Positions 1 through 9,143 of a stretch of 64,000 bases of DNA are shown here, one piece after another. Positions within the stretch are counted from its first letter, which is position 1, and each line of letters opens with the position of its first letter. Origin of the DNA: an uncultured Lachnospiraceae bacterium (GTDB lineage Bacteria > Bacillota > Clostridia > Lachnospirales > Lachnospiraceae); contig CACZJD010000003.1 in NCBI GenBank assembly GCA_902781325.1, forward strand, positions 3,642-67,641, read 5' to 3'. The position numbers and the translations under genes are program-made. The notes under the pieces were generated by a model. The model was not told the DNA's origin and searched no databases. It saw only the letters and a program-made list of their open reading frames with translations.

Positions 1-221
1 ATTATGCCGAGAACGATGAAAAGAGCAGGGAGCAGTGGATCAAAGATCACGGAGATGATCCCGATAATCCTTGGATTGACCCTACGCCGCCGGAGGACGT
101 CTGTGAGGAGTTTTATACTTTGAACCCGCAGAAACTGGAGTGCGGAGATTACACGATCCTTGTCTTTGAAGATAATGAGGAGTTGAGGGCGCTTGGAGAC
201 GAGATTAAGCGAGCCAAATAA
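1..221 (+). CDS. 3' end of a CDS entering the window (hypothetical)
   Basis: Frame starting at position 3 is open (YAENDEKSREQW...DEIKRAK) to TAA at 219-221; family not recognised. Confidence 0.6.
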   Translation, partial: YAENDEKSREQWIKDHGDDPDNPWIDPTPPEDVCEEFYTLNPQKLECGDYTILVFEDNEELRALGDEIKRAK

Positions 222-2937
222 AGACCGGAGGGGCCGGGCCTTCTCCCGGCACCTGCAGGATCCGCTGCTGGCAGCACTGCTGACAGCAGCAATCTTCTGG
301 ATCGTTATGCTGCGGGGAGAGTACGTGCCCTTTGGAATCAACACACCCGCGGTGACAGACGCCAAACTGCAGTATCTGGATCTCTTTGCATATTACAGGG
401 ATGTGCTGACGGGACAAAACAGTGCTGTTTATACTTTTTCAAACACACTGGGAGGCGGAGCCGCGGCGATCTGGGCTTATTATCTGGCTTCGCCCTTTAA
501 CCTGCTGGTACTTCTGTTTCCTAAGGACCAGATGAATCTCTTTCTGGAAGTGCTGATCACGGTGAAACTCAGTGCGGCATCCGCGTCCTTCGCATGGATG
601 ATCGGGCGCAGGTTCAGGCAGAGGGTTTCAAGAGACATGACGCTCCTTCTGTCTGTGGGTTTTGGCCTGATGCAGTATACGCTGGCACAGGGGAGCAATG
701 TGATGTGGCTGGATGGCGTCATATTGCTCCCTTTTATTGTCATGGGCATACACAGCGCGGCGCATTCGCGCAGATTCGCCCTGGCGGAGCTGGCGGTGCC
801 CGCAGCGGCGTCCGTCCTTGTGAACTGGTATACCGGAGGGATCAATTATCTGTTCAGCACAGTATGGTTTCTCTATGAACTGCTTCGGGAAAAGGGATCC
901 GCGAAGCAGGATAGACGAAGAAGGATCGGGCCTGCGAAGTGCGCCGGAAGGTACCTCCTCGGGATGGGAACAGGTCTTTTGCTGGCTGCGGTTCTCTTTC
1001 TTCCCAACGTGATCGCCCTGCGTCAGGGGAAAGCAGGAAGCTGGAATCCGACTGCGTACAGCCTTTCCGCGGGTTTCAGGGGAAATCCGTTCTCTGTAAT
1101 CAGAAGCTATAGGATCGGGGAGATGAGCGATATAAGCAGGGCGTCGTTTTTCTGCGGAACGCCGGCAGCATTTGGAACAGCGGCTTATTTCTTCTCGGAG
1201 AAAATCCGTAAAAGGGAGAAACTGGCGGTGCTCGTGCCGGGCTTCACAGCCTGGATGGCCTGTTTCTGGAAGCCATTGTTCTATGTTTTCTCCCTCTTTA
1301 TGCGCAATACGAGTTATTGGTACAGGTTCGGATATCTCGGATGCTTTGTAATATTGTACTGCGCGGCTTATTGGGCGGGCTCGCTGCCGGCCGGAAAAGG
1401 GTTCCGGGACTTTACGGAGTGGTCCGTCATACCTAAGGCAGGAGGAACCTGTCTTCTTCTGGTACTGGCCTCCCGGCGGATCTGGTCCTCGGGCGGAAGC
1501 GGAAGTACTAGGATAGCGCTGCTGATGCTGACTGCCATGACAGTGCTTATGGGGTATCGATACGCGCCTGATAAGGCTCTGCGGATCCTGAACAGCCGAA
1601 AGGTCATCGACAGACGCAGACGGATCCTGGCGGTTCTTCTGGCGGTCTTGGGGCTGTGGGAGGCCTTTCTGGAAACCGGGACAATGCTGAAGATCTATCA
1701 CACAGATACGGCAGAAGAGTACGCTTCCTACAGCAGGGAGCAGCAGGCGCAGATCAACGCTCTTAGTGCACTGGATGGGGCGGATTTCTACAGAATCTCA
1801 CAGACGGCGACAAGGATCACCAACATTGACAACCTGACAGGCGCCTATCTCGACGCGATGGCATATGGATACCCGTCGATCAGCGGGTACACATCCTGTC
1901 CTGAGAATATACAACTGGATTTTCTGGACAGACTGGGATACAGGAAAGAGTACGAGAGTTTTAATATTGTAAATACATCCTTTCTTCCGGCGGATTCGCT
2001 GCTGGGCGTAAGGTATGTGCTGTCCCCTTATGGGATCCCCGGCCTCGAAGAGGTGCCGGAGATTGCGGCGCGAAATGGAAAGGCCGTTTACAGAAATCCA
2101 TATGCGCTGCCGATTGCGATGATCGTGGAAGAGAGCAGTAAAGAGACAAAAGAGCCGGCCGATGGCGATCCCTTTGCTTACACAGAGGATCTCTTTACGA
2201 GGATCTCCGGAGAGGAAGCCGGACTGTGGATGCCCGTCAGCGCTGAAGAGACTCACGGTAAGGGAATTACAGAGTGGAAGCTTGCGCTTCCCGATAGCGA
2301 GGGGAGAAGATACTGCCTGTATGGAAATCTTCCCTGGACGGCCGAGGTGTCTTTTGACGACCCGCAGTGGTGGGACGACGCGCAGGAACAGGGCAGACTG
2401 ACTGTGGCGGAAGGCTGGAGCTATGGCTATGGCGGATGGCTGTCACCGTCAGTATTCTATATACCCGCAGCGGAAAACGCGGATACGGCGGCGGTCACGC
2501 TGGAGACGGCAGGAGAGATGGAGCTTCGGGATGAGCAGTTCCGAGCACTGGATCTCGGCCGCCTGGCGCAATTAACCTTGAAGATCCGGCAGAAGGCAGC
2601 GGCTGTGAAAGACCTGGAGGTCCGAAACGGCAGGATCAGCTGCACCGTGAATGCCGAAGAAGGGCAGAAACTGCTCCTTAGCGTTCCGGCTTCGAAGGGC
2701 TGGACTGCCGTACTGAATGGCCAAAAAACAGAAATCGGTGCTTTTGAGGGGAGTCTTACGGAAATTTCTCTTGTGCCCGGAGAAAATCATATTACAATGC
2801 AGTACAGGACACCGGGGCTTGCAGCGGGAATCCTCCTGTCCCTGACAGGGCTGGGGATCACTGTGTATGCGGACGGGAAAAGGCGGAAAGAGAGGAAAAC
2901 GAGTGAAGATTGGAATAATCGGAGCAATGGAAGTTGA
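193..2937 (+). CDS. YfhO-family multi-pass membrane protein (GT-C-type glycosyltransferase)
   Basis: 914 aa, many TM segments, D..xQY loop after TM1, YYLASPFN motif, C-terminal 'LSVPASKGWTAVLNG...G.N.I.MQYRTPGL' signature; start (TTG) uncertain. Confidence 0.85.
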   Translation: METRLSEPNKDRRGRAFSRHLQDPLLAALLTAAIFWIVMLRGEYVPFGINTPAVTDAKLQYLDLFAYYRDVLTGQNSAVYTFSNTLGGGAAAIWAYYLASPFNLLVLLFPKDQMNLFLEVLITVKLSAASASFAWMIGRRFRQRVSRDMTLLLSVGFGLMQYTLAQGSNVMWLDGVILLPFIVMGIHSAAHSRRFALAELAVPAAASVLVNWYTGGINYLFSTVWFLYELLREKGSAKQDRRRRIGPAKCAGRYLLGMGTGLLLAAVLFLPNVIALRQGKAGSWNPTAYSLSAGFRGNPFSVIRSYRIGEMSDISRASFFCGTPAAFGTAAYFFSEKIRKREKLAVLVPGFTAWMACFWKPLFYVFSLFMRNTSYWYRFGYLGCFVILYCAAYWAGSLPAGKGFRDFTEWSVIPKAGGTCLLLVLASRRIWSSGGSGSTRIALLMLTAMTVLMGYRYAPDKALRILNSRKVIDRRRRILAVLLAVLGLWEAFLETGTMLKIYHTDTAEEYASYSREQQAQINALSALDGADFYRISQTATRITNIDNLTGAYLDAMAYGYPSISGYTSCPENIQLDFLDRLGYRKEYESFNIVNTSFLPADSLLGVRYVLSPYGIPGLEEVPEIAARNGKAVYRNPYALPIAMIVEESSKETKEPADGDPFAYTEDLFTRISGEEAGLWMPVSAEETHGKGITEWKLALPDSEGRRYCLYGNLPWTAEVSFDDPQWWDDAQEQGRLTVAEGWSYGYGGWLSPSVFYIPAAENADTAAVTLETAGEMELRDEQFRALDLGRLAQLTLKIRQKAAAVKDLEVRNGRISCTVNAEEGQKLLLSVPASKGWTAVLNGQKTEIGAFEGSLTEISLVPGENHITMQYRTPGLAAGILLSLTGLGITVYADGKRRKERKTSEDWNNRSNGS

Positions 2938-3598
2938 AGTGGCGCGTCTTGTGAGGTGCATGGACGGAGCGAAGGAGTCGCAGAGAGCCGGAATGCATTT
3001 TTATGAGGGGCGGATCGGTCGGACGGAAGCGGTAGTGGTCCGCTGCGGGATCGGCAAGGTCAGCGCGGGTCTGTGTGTGCAGATACTGAGCGATCTGTTC
3101 GGGATCACGCATGTGATCAATACCGGCGTCGCAGGTTCTCTGGAGGAAGAGATCGATATCGGAGATATCGTGGTTTCTATCGACGCAATGTACCATGACA
3201 TGGATGTGACCGGACTCGGATACGAGCCGGGACAGGTGCCTCAGCTGGATACGCTTGCGTTCCCGGCTGACCCGGTGCTGAGGGTGGCGGCTGTGAAGGC
3301 GTGCAGAGAGGCTGCTCCCGAAATCGGTGTGTTTGAAGGACGCGTTGTCAGCGGCGACCAGTTCATCTGCGACAGGGGCACAAAGGACCGGATCAAGAAA
3401 GTGTTCGGCGGTCTGTGCACAGAGATGGAAGGAGCAGCCATCGCGCAGGCGGCTTATATCAACAAGATTCCCTTTGTGATCGTCAGGGCGATCTCCGACA
3501 AGGCTGACGAGAGCACGGAGATGTCCTACGAGGCTTTTGAAGCCCAGGCAGCTGAACACTGCGCTTCCCTTGTGGAGCATATGGTGAGATCTTTCTGA
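2903..3598 (+). CDS. mtnN: 5'-methylthioadenosine/S-adenosylhomocysteine nucleosidase (Pfs)
   Basis: KIGIIGAMEVE, GIGKV, INTGVAG, SGDQF, EMEGAA, RAISD motifs; GTG start at 2903 behind an AGAGG RBS. Confidence 0.95.
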   Translation: MKIGIIGAMEVEVARLVRCMDGAKESQRAGMHFYEGRIGRTEAVVVRCGIGKVSAGLCVQILSDLFGITHVINTGVAGSLEEEIDIGDIVVSIDAMYHDMDVTGLGYEPGQVPQLDTLAFPADPVLRVAAVKACREAAPEIGVFEGRVVSGDQFICDRGTKDRIKKVFGGLCTEMEGAAIAQAAYINKIPFVIVRAISDKADESTEMSYEAFEAQAAEHCASLVEHMVRSF

Positions 3599-3643
3599 TC
3601 GCCCCGGAAAGCCGGAAGAACACCAGAAGGAACAAAAATGATA

Positions 3644-3698
3644 CGCGGACGACCGCGGCCCCTGAAGATAAAGGGGAGACGGCCGCCCGCGCTTTTTT
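3644..3698. terminator. Hairpin between convergent pfs and luxS
   Basis: CGCGGACGACCG...CGGCCGCCCGCG stem (A-C mismatches on + become G-U on -) with T-runs on both sides. Confidence 0.4.
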
Positions 3699-3727
3699 GA
3701 CTCAGTGTCCAAGCCGGACATCACTAT

Positions 3728-4207
3728 TTACTCCGGATATACAAGATGCTTCTCATCTATGCCGATGAGCGTTCGGGTCAGATACCGGTCAGCGAGCCAG
3801 TTGGCCATGCCGAGATTCTGGTCTTGCCAGTTGCCGCAGTCTCTGGGGGCGGCTCCGGGGATCTCCCCGCGGAAATCGCGGATAAACTCGAACATTTCCG
3901 TCACCAGAGGCGCGATCTCCCGGGAGGAATAATCGCCTGCAAGAAGCATGTAGAAGCCTGTGCGGCAGCCCATGGGGCCGAAATAAACGGTCTTGTCCGC
4001 GAATACGGGGTGATTTCTGAGAAATGTGGCGCCAAGATGCTCGATCGTGTGCATTTCAGCGGTGTTCATGACCGGCTCCCTGTTGGGGGCAGTCATCCGC
4101 AGGTCAAAGGTCGTGATCACAGCATTTCCGTAACGGTCCTTGCGGGAGACATATACGCCGGGCTCCAGGTCGATGTGATTGATCGTAAAACTTGTGATTT
4201 TTTCCAT
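3728..4207 (-). CDS. luxS: S-ribosylhomocysteine lyase (AI-2 synthase)
   Basis: MEKITSFTINH start, HTIEH and GPMGCRTGFY motifs, CGN; GGAGG RBS before ATG at 4207. Confidence 0.96.
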   Translation of the reverse strand: MEKITSFTINHIDLEPGVYVSRKDRYGNAVITTFDLRMTAPNREPVMNTAEMHTIEHLGATFLRNHPVFADKTVYFGPMGCRTGFYMLLAGDYSSREIAPLVTEMFEFIRDFRGEIPGAAPRDCGNWQDQNLGMANWLADRYLTRTLIGIDEKHLVYPE

Positions 4208-4243
4208 AAGGACCTCCATTAGCTGATCATAGAAACTGATGTC

Positions 4244-4272
4244 ATTATGACACCGGTGGGGAAGCTTCGCAA
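4244..4272 (-). promoter_or_regulatory. Putative sigma-A promoter of luxS
   Basis: Minus strand TTGCGA-N17-CATAAT with extended TG. Confidence 0.5.
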
Positions 4273-4371
4273 GGGCACCATGGCGTTTTCCGGGAGAGTA
4301 TGAGATAATATAAAGTGGTGTGCTGCACACCTGTTTGTATTACGCCGCACTGCGGCGCGGGAGGCATCTAT

Positions 4372-5874
4372 ATGACTTTCAGGCGGAGACTTATCATAGC
4401 TTTTTCAATAGTGCTCGTTCTGCCGGTAATCCTGTTTATTCTGTCCTTTATCGTGATCGGAAATTTCATGGCGCGCGGAGACAGCGGAGAAAGCGCGGTT
4501 TCATATCAGGACTATACATCCCTGACGGATGACTACAGGCAGTATAGTGAACTGCTGGACAGTACTTATGAGAAAATACAATCGGATCTGGACGAAGACC
4601 CTTCGCTGGTGGAGGACCCCGGTTATCTGCAGTCCCTCTCGGAGCGGGTCAGCGTCAGCAATTCCTATATTATTGTCAGAAAGGACGGAGATCTCTACTA
4701 TACAGGGAATGAGGAGGCGGCGGCCAAGGATTTTCAGGTCTTGCCGGCGTACAGCCATGCCCAGCAGAATGAGGGAACCGGATTTTATATTGACAGCATG
4801 GCCAAGATGGTCAAGCAACTGGATTTTACCTTTGAAGACGGCTCGGAGGGCAGTCTCTTCATTATCACAAGGGCAGTGGCGCTGGTCTCGAGAAAGTTCC
4901 TCGGAGAGATGTTCATCGCCATGGTCCTGATCCTTTTGTTTACGGCGATCCTGCTGACCAGATGGCTGGAGGGAAATTTCTTCGACCCCATAGGCAAGCT
5001 TAACGTTGCCATGAACAACATTCGCGACGGCAACCTGGATTACCGGCTCCAGACCAGCGAGGAAGGGGAGATCGGCAGCCTGTACAACAACTATGAGGAG
5101 ATGAGGCTGCGGCTCAAGGAGAACGCGGAAGAGAAACTCGAGAGGGAGCGGCAGAACCGCGAGCTGATCACGAACATAACCCATGACCTCAAGACCCCGA
5201 TCACATCTATTAAAGGATATGTGGAGGGGCTGATCGACGGCGTGGCCAACACACCGGAGAAGAGAGAGCGGTATCTGCGAACGATCTACAGTAAAGCGAA
5301 CGACATGAACACGCTGATCAACGAGCTGACGCTTTATTCGCAGATCGACAACAACAAAGTCCCGTATAATTTCCACAAGATCAATGTCGCGGACTATTTT
5401 GGCGATTGTGTGGAAGAACTCGGCATGGATATGGAGTCCCGGGGGATCACGCTCAACTACAGCAATATGGTCGCTCCGGACACGACGATCGTGGCAGATC
5501 CCGAGCAGCTCAAAAAAGTTATCAACAATATTGTCGGGAATAGTGTAAAATATATGGACAAGACAGAAGGGAAGATCGATATACGGATCCTGGACGAGCA
5601 TGATTCCGTCAGAATTGAGATCGAGGACAACGGCATGGGTATTGCCGCGAAGGACCTTCCCAATATATTCGACAGGTTCTACAGGACGGATGAATCGCGC
5701 AGCAGCGCCCAGGGCGGCAGCGGGATCGGCCTGTCCATCGTGAGAAAGGTGATCGAGGACCACGGCGGCTATGTATGGGCTACGAGCCGGGAAGGAGAGG
5801 GGACCTGCGTGCATTTTGTGATCCGCAAGTATCACGAGACCGATGATATGGACGACTACGTGGAAGAGATATGA
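4372..5874 (+). CDS. HAMP-domain sensor histidine kinase
   Basis: Two TMs flanking an extracellular domain, HAMP, THDLKTPIT H-box, N/G1/F/G2 boxes; GGAGG RBS before ATG 4372. Confidence 0.93.
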   Translation: MTFRRRLIIAFSIVLVLPVILFILSFIVIGNFMARGDSGESAVSYQDYTSLTDDYRQYSELLDSTYEKIQSDLDEDPSLVEDPGYLQSLSERVSVSNSYIIVRKDGDLYYTGNEEAAAKDFQVLPAYSHAQQNEGTGFYIDSMAKMVKQLDFTFEDGSEGSLFIITRAVALVSRKFLGEMFIAMVLILLFTAILLTRWLEGNFFDPIGKLNVAMNNIRDGNLDYRLQTSEEGEIGSLYNNYEEMRLRLKENAEEKLERERQNRELITNITHDLKTPITSIKGYVEGLIDGVANTPEKRERYLRTIYSKANDMNTLINELTLYSQIDNNKVPYNFHKINVADYFGDCVEELGMDMESRGITLNYSNMVAPDTTIVADPEQLKKVINNIVGNSVKYMDKTEGKIDIRILDEHDSVRIEIEDNGMGIAAKDLPNIFDRFYRTDESRSSAQGGSGIGLSIVRKVIEDHGGYVWATSREGEGTCVHFVIRKYHETDDMDDYVEEI

Positions 5875-5929
5875 GTATAAGCCCGAAGGGAACTCCGGGC
5901 AGGATGCAATCAGTGGAGGTATGAGAAAT

Positions 5930-6619
5930 ATGAGCAAGATTCTGATCATTGAAGATGAAGTTGCCATCGCCGATCTGGAGAAGGACTATCTGGAACTGAG
6001 CGGCTTTGATGTCAAAATAGAGAACAGAGGGGATAAGGGCCTTCAGACGGCCCTCAGGGAGGACTTTGACCTGATCATTCTGGACCTGATGCTGCCCGGG
6101 ATGGACGGCTTTGAGGTCTGCAGGAAGATCCGCGAGGAGAAGAATGTGCCCATCCTCATGGTGTCGGCGAAGAAGGACGACATTGACAAGATCCGCGGCC
6201 TGGGCCTTGGCGCGGACGACTATATCACCAAACCTTTCAGTCCCAGCGAATTAGTGGCCCGTGTAAAAGCGCACATGGCGCGCTATGAGAGACTCGTCGG
6301 CGCCGGCCAGAAGACGAATGACATCATCGAGATCCGCGGTCTCAAGATCGACAAGACCGCAAGACGAGTATGGGTCAACGGGGAGGAGAAGAACTTTACC
6401 ACTAAGGAGTTCGATCTGCTTACTTTCCTTGCGGAGAACCCCAACCATGTATTCAGCAAGGAGGAACTCTTTGCCAAAATATGGAATATGGAGAGCGTCG
6501 GCGATATAGCTACGGTTACTGTTCACATTAAGAAGATCCGGGAAAAGATCGAGTTCAACACATCCAAACCGCAGTACATTGAGACGATCTGGGGTGTGGG
6601 CTACCGGTTTAAGATCTGA
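5930..6619 (+). CDS. OmpR/PhoB-family response regulator
   Basis: ILIIEDE, LDLMLP, GADDYITKPFS, winged-helix end 'IETIWGVGYRF'; GGAGGT RBS. Confidence 0.95.
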   Translation: MSKILIIEDEVAIADLEKDYLELSGFDVKIENRGDKGLQTALREDFDLIILDLMLPGMDGFEVCRKIREEKNVPILMVSAKKDDIDKIRGLGLGADDYITKPFSPSELVARVKAHMARYERLVGAGQKTNDIIEIRGLKIDKTARRVWVNGEEKNFTTKEFDLLTFLAENPNHVFSKEELFAKIWNMESVGDIATVTVHIKKIREKIEFNTSKPQYIETIWGVGYRFKI

Positions 6620-6627
6620 GGGTCGGG

Positions 6628-7326
6628 ATGAGGCTGGATAAATATCTGTCGGAAATGGGCGCCGGAACCCGGAGTGAACTCAAAAAAGCAGTCCGGGCGG
6701 GGCGCGTCACTGTAAACTGCGTGAAAGTCAAAGATGCCGCCATACATGTGGAAGAGGACGACGTGATCTGCATGGACGGGGAGAGAGTCGCGTACGAGCA
6801 GTTCGTGTATTATCTGATGAATAAACCCGCGGGAGTGATCTCCGCCACCGAGGATACGAGAGACCGGACGGTGCTGGACCTGCTCGAGGGTCAGCAGCGA
6901 AAGGGCCTGTTTCCCGTCGGCAGACTCGACAGGGATACAGAAGGGCTGCTTTTGATCACAAATGACGGAGAGCTGGCGCACAGGCTGCTGTCTCCAAAAA
7001 ACCACGTGGATAAGGTATATTTTGCCAGGCTGGACGCGCCTGTAGGGGAAACAGAGCGCCGGCAGTTCGCGGAGGGACTGAGGGTGGACGAGACGCTGAC
7101 GGCTATGCCGGCGCAGCTGGATATTCTAGGACCCGGCAATGAAGTAAAAGTGACGATCCGTGAGGGAAAATTTCACCAGATCAAAAGGATGTTCGCGGCA
7201 GTGGGAAGGGAGGTCGTATATCTGAAGAGGCTCTCCATGGGACCGCTTGTGCTGGACGGGAGTTTGCCGCCGGGAGCATATCGCAGGCTGACAGAGGAGG
7301 AAGAGTCTGCTATAATTAGTCTATAA
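6628..7326 (+). CDS. rsuA: RsuA-family rRNA pseudouridine synthase
   Basis: S4 domain MRLDKYL, NKPAG, GRLDRDTEGLLL, EGKFHQIKRMF. Confidence 0.9.
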   Translation: MRLDKYLSEMGAGTRSELKKAVRAGRVTVNCVKVKDAAIHVEEDDVICMDGERVAYEQFVYYLMNKPAGVISATEDTRDRTVLDLLEGQQRKGLFPVGRLDRDTEGLLLITNDGELAHRLLSPKNHVDKVYFARLDAPVGETERRQFAEGLRVDETLTAMPAQLDILGPGNEVKVTIREGKFHQIKRMFAAVGREVVYLKRLSMGPLVLDGSLPPGAYRRLTEEEESAIISL

Positions 7327-7362
7327 CCAGTTCCGGGGGGAATGTGGAGAAGGAACGCAGAT

Positions 7363-9084
7363 ATGCAAAGATTGAAAGGACCCAGTGTCCTTATTCCATT
7401 CATTTTATCTGGAATCATGATCCTGACGGGGTGTGGACAGGAAGAGGCTTCGGGCGGCGTTACAGACGTCACCGACGCCTTGTTTTTGTCTGAAAATGAA
7501 GCAGAAGAACCCGGGAACACTTCCACTGGAGACAGCGGGGTCACCGCCCCGGTTTCGGAGATCGCGGCATCCCGGGAGCAGGGAAATACTCAGAAAGCCA
7601 GGAAACTGTCACAAGAAGAATGCGGAGAACTGCAGAATTATATAAATGATACCGGAAATTACGGATTTCTTCTGTCGGTCTACGAAAAGCCGCAGGATCT
7701 GAATGCGGAACAGGCCTTCTTTACAGGTGCGGGTCTGGAGCTGAGGATCCCGACGGAGGAAGAGCGGGAAGCCTACATGGAGGAGACCGGCGAGGAAGAT
7801 ACGGTGAACCTGGTCGGGATGAGTGCCCAGCAGGTCTCGGATTATCTCCAGTATAAGGCAGGGGTATCTCTTGACGAGCTGACGAACCCGCCGGGCTGGA
7901 CCTATCTCGAGGATTATGACACCTTTTATCAGTGCCATGGCGATGAGGAGACCAATATCTGCGAATTTGAAGTGACAGATGCCGCGGCGCAGGGAGATTA
8001 CTACAGAGTGCACTACAGAGCCCGCAGATACGCGGGGGACCTGGACGGCTGGCACATACCTGTATACGAGGCGATCCTCAAGAGAAACGGCGACAATTAC
8101 AGATTCTGCGCGAATCGTCTCTGGCTGGAGAACGGTCTTTTGCTCCATTCCTACTGCGAAATAGAGACAGAGAGCTTTGGAAAAGTAGAATTCTGCGCTT
8201 ATAAACCGGATCGGGATGCTTCGGAGAATATGGATGTCGATTTCTGTTTTGTCAAGGATTCAGATGTGCTGTACAGGCTTGAAGGTATGGACAGCCGGAA
8301 CATCCGGGAAGACAGGATATTCAGGGATGTGGCTGCGGTGGATCTCGGAGACTATGACGGTGACGGGGTAAAGGAGATCGTCACGATCTGCGAATATGAG
8401 ATCACAGGAGAAGGGCGGCCGGATGGCCGGGAGGCCCGGCTCTACAGATTTGATGAAGACGGAATACCGCGTCTTGACGAAGGACTGACCGCGAGAATCA
8501 ACAGTTCCGTGTCAGAAATGTCACTTTCGGGAATCGCCCATTATGTAAAGACAGGAAAGGACCGGGAAAAGTTCGAGGGACGGATCGAAGCATACGCCGC
8601 GGAAGTCGCGGAAGCGGATCCGGATTCTTATGATCAGTTCGCCCTTATTTACGTAAATGACGACAGATTCCCGGAACTTCTGGAGTGGGGAGCATCCGCG
8701 GATAAAGGCGCTAAGATCGTGTTCTATCACGACGGGGTCCTTCAGGAGACCAAGGTGAGCAGCGCGTTTTCCTATCTGAACAAAGAGAACCTGCTGCTTA
8801 GCAGGAACGGGACAGGGAACCTGTTCACAGACCGGATCTATGTCTACACCGGCAGCCGGTTTGAGGTTTATCAAAGCGGCGTCTTCGGCACGACGGATGC
8901 TGCCGTGACGGCTTACACAAAGTCGGGAAAACCGGAATACAACTACAAGTGGGAAGGGTCCACCGTGTCCGAGGCGGGCTACTATGAAGCGCTTGGCTTT
9001 ATCTATGATGAAAAGGACGCGAAAGACGCGACGAAGATCGAGATGCAGAACGCGGAAGAATTCCTGCAGACATTAAAAAAGTAA
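7363..9084 (+). CDS. Acidic hypothetical lipoprotein
   Basis: Signal peptide with lipobox ILTG-C; DYDGDGVKE Ca-binding-like loop; start 7363 or 7342. Confidence 0.75.
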   Translation: MQRLKGPSVLIPFILSGIMILTGCGQEEASGGVTDVTDALFLSENEAEEPGNTSTGDSGVTAPVSEIAASREQGNTQKARKLSQEECGELQNYINDTGNYGFLLSVYEKPQDLNAEQAFFTGAGLELRIPTEEEREAYMEETGEEDTVNLVGMSAQQVSDYLQYKAGVSLDELTNPPGWTYLEDYDTFYQCHGDEETNICEFEVTDAAAQGDYYRVHYRARRYAGDLDGWHIPVYEAILKRNGDNYRFCANRLWLENGLLLHSYCEIETESFGKVEFCAYKPDRDASENMDVDFCFVKDSDVLYRLEGMDSRNIREDRIFRDVAAVDLGDYDGDGVKEIVTICEYEITGEGRPDGREARLYRFDEDGIPRLDEGLTARINSSVSEMSLSGIAHYVKTGKDREKFEGRIEAYAAEVAEADPDSYDQFALIYVNDDRFPELLEWGASADKGAKIVFYHDGVLQETKVSSAFSYLNKENLLLSRNGTGNLFTDRIYVYTGSRFEVYQSGVFGTTDAAVTAYTKSGKPEYNYKWEGSTVSEAGYYEALGFIYDEKDAKDATKIEMQNAEEFLQTLKK

Positions 9085-9090
9085 AAGTAT

Positions 9091-9136
9091 AAAAAATGCC
9101 GCTCTTGGGATGAGAATTCCCAAGAGCGGCATTTTT
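9091..9136. terminator. Bidirectional intrinsic terminator
   Basis: AAAAAATGCCGCTCTTGGGA...TCCCAAGAGCGGCATTTTT between convergent genes. Confidence 0.85.
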
Positions 9137-9143
9137 CCGTCCT

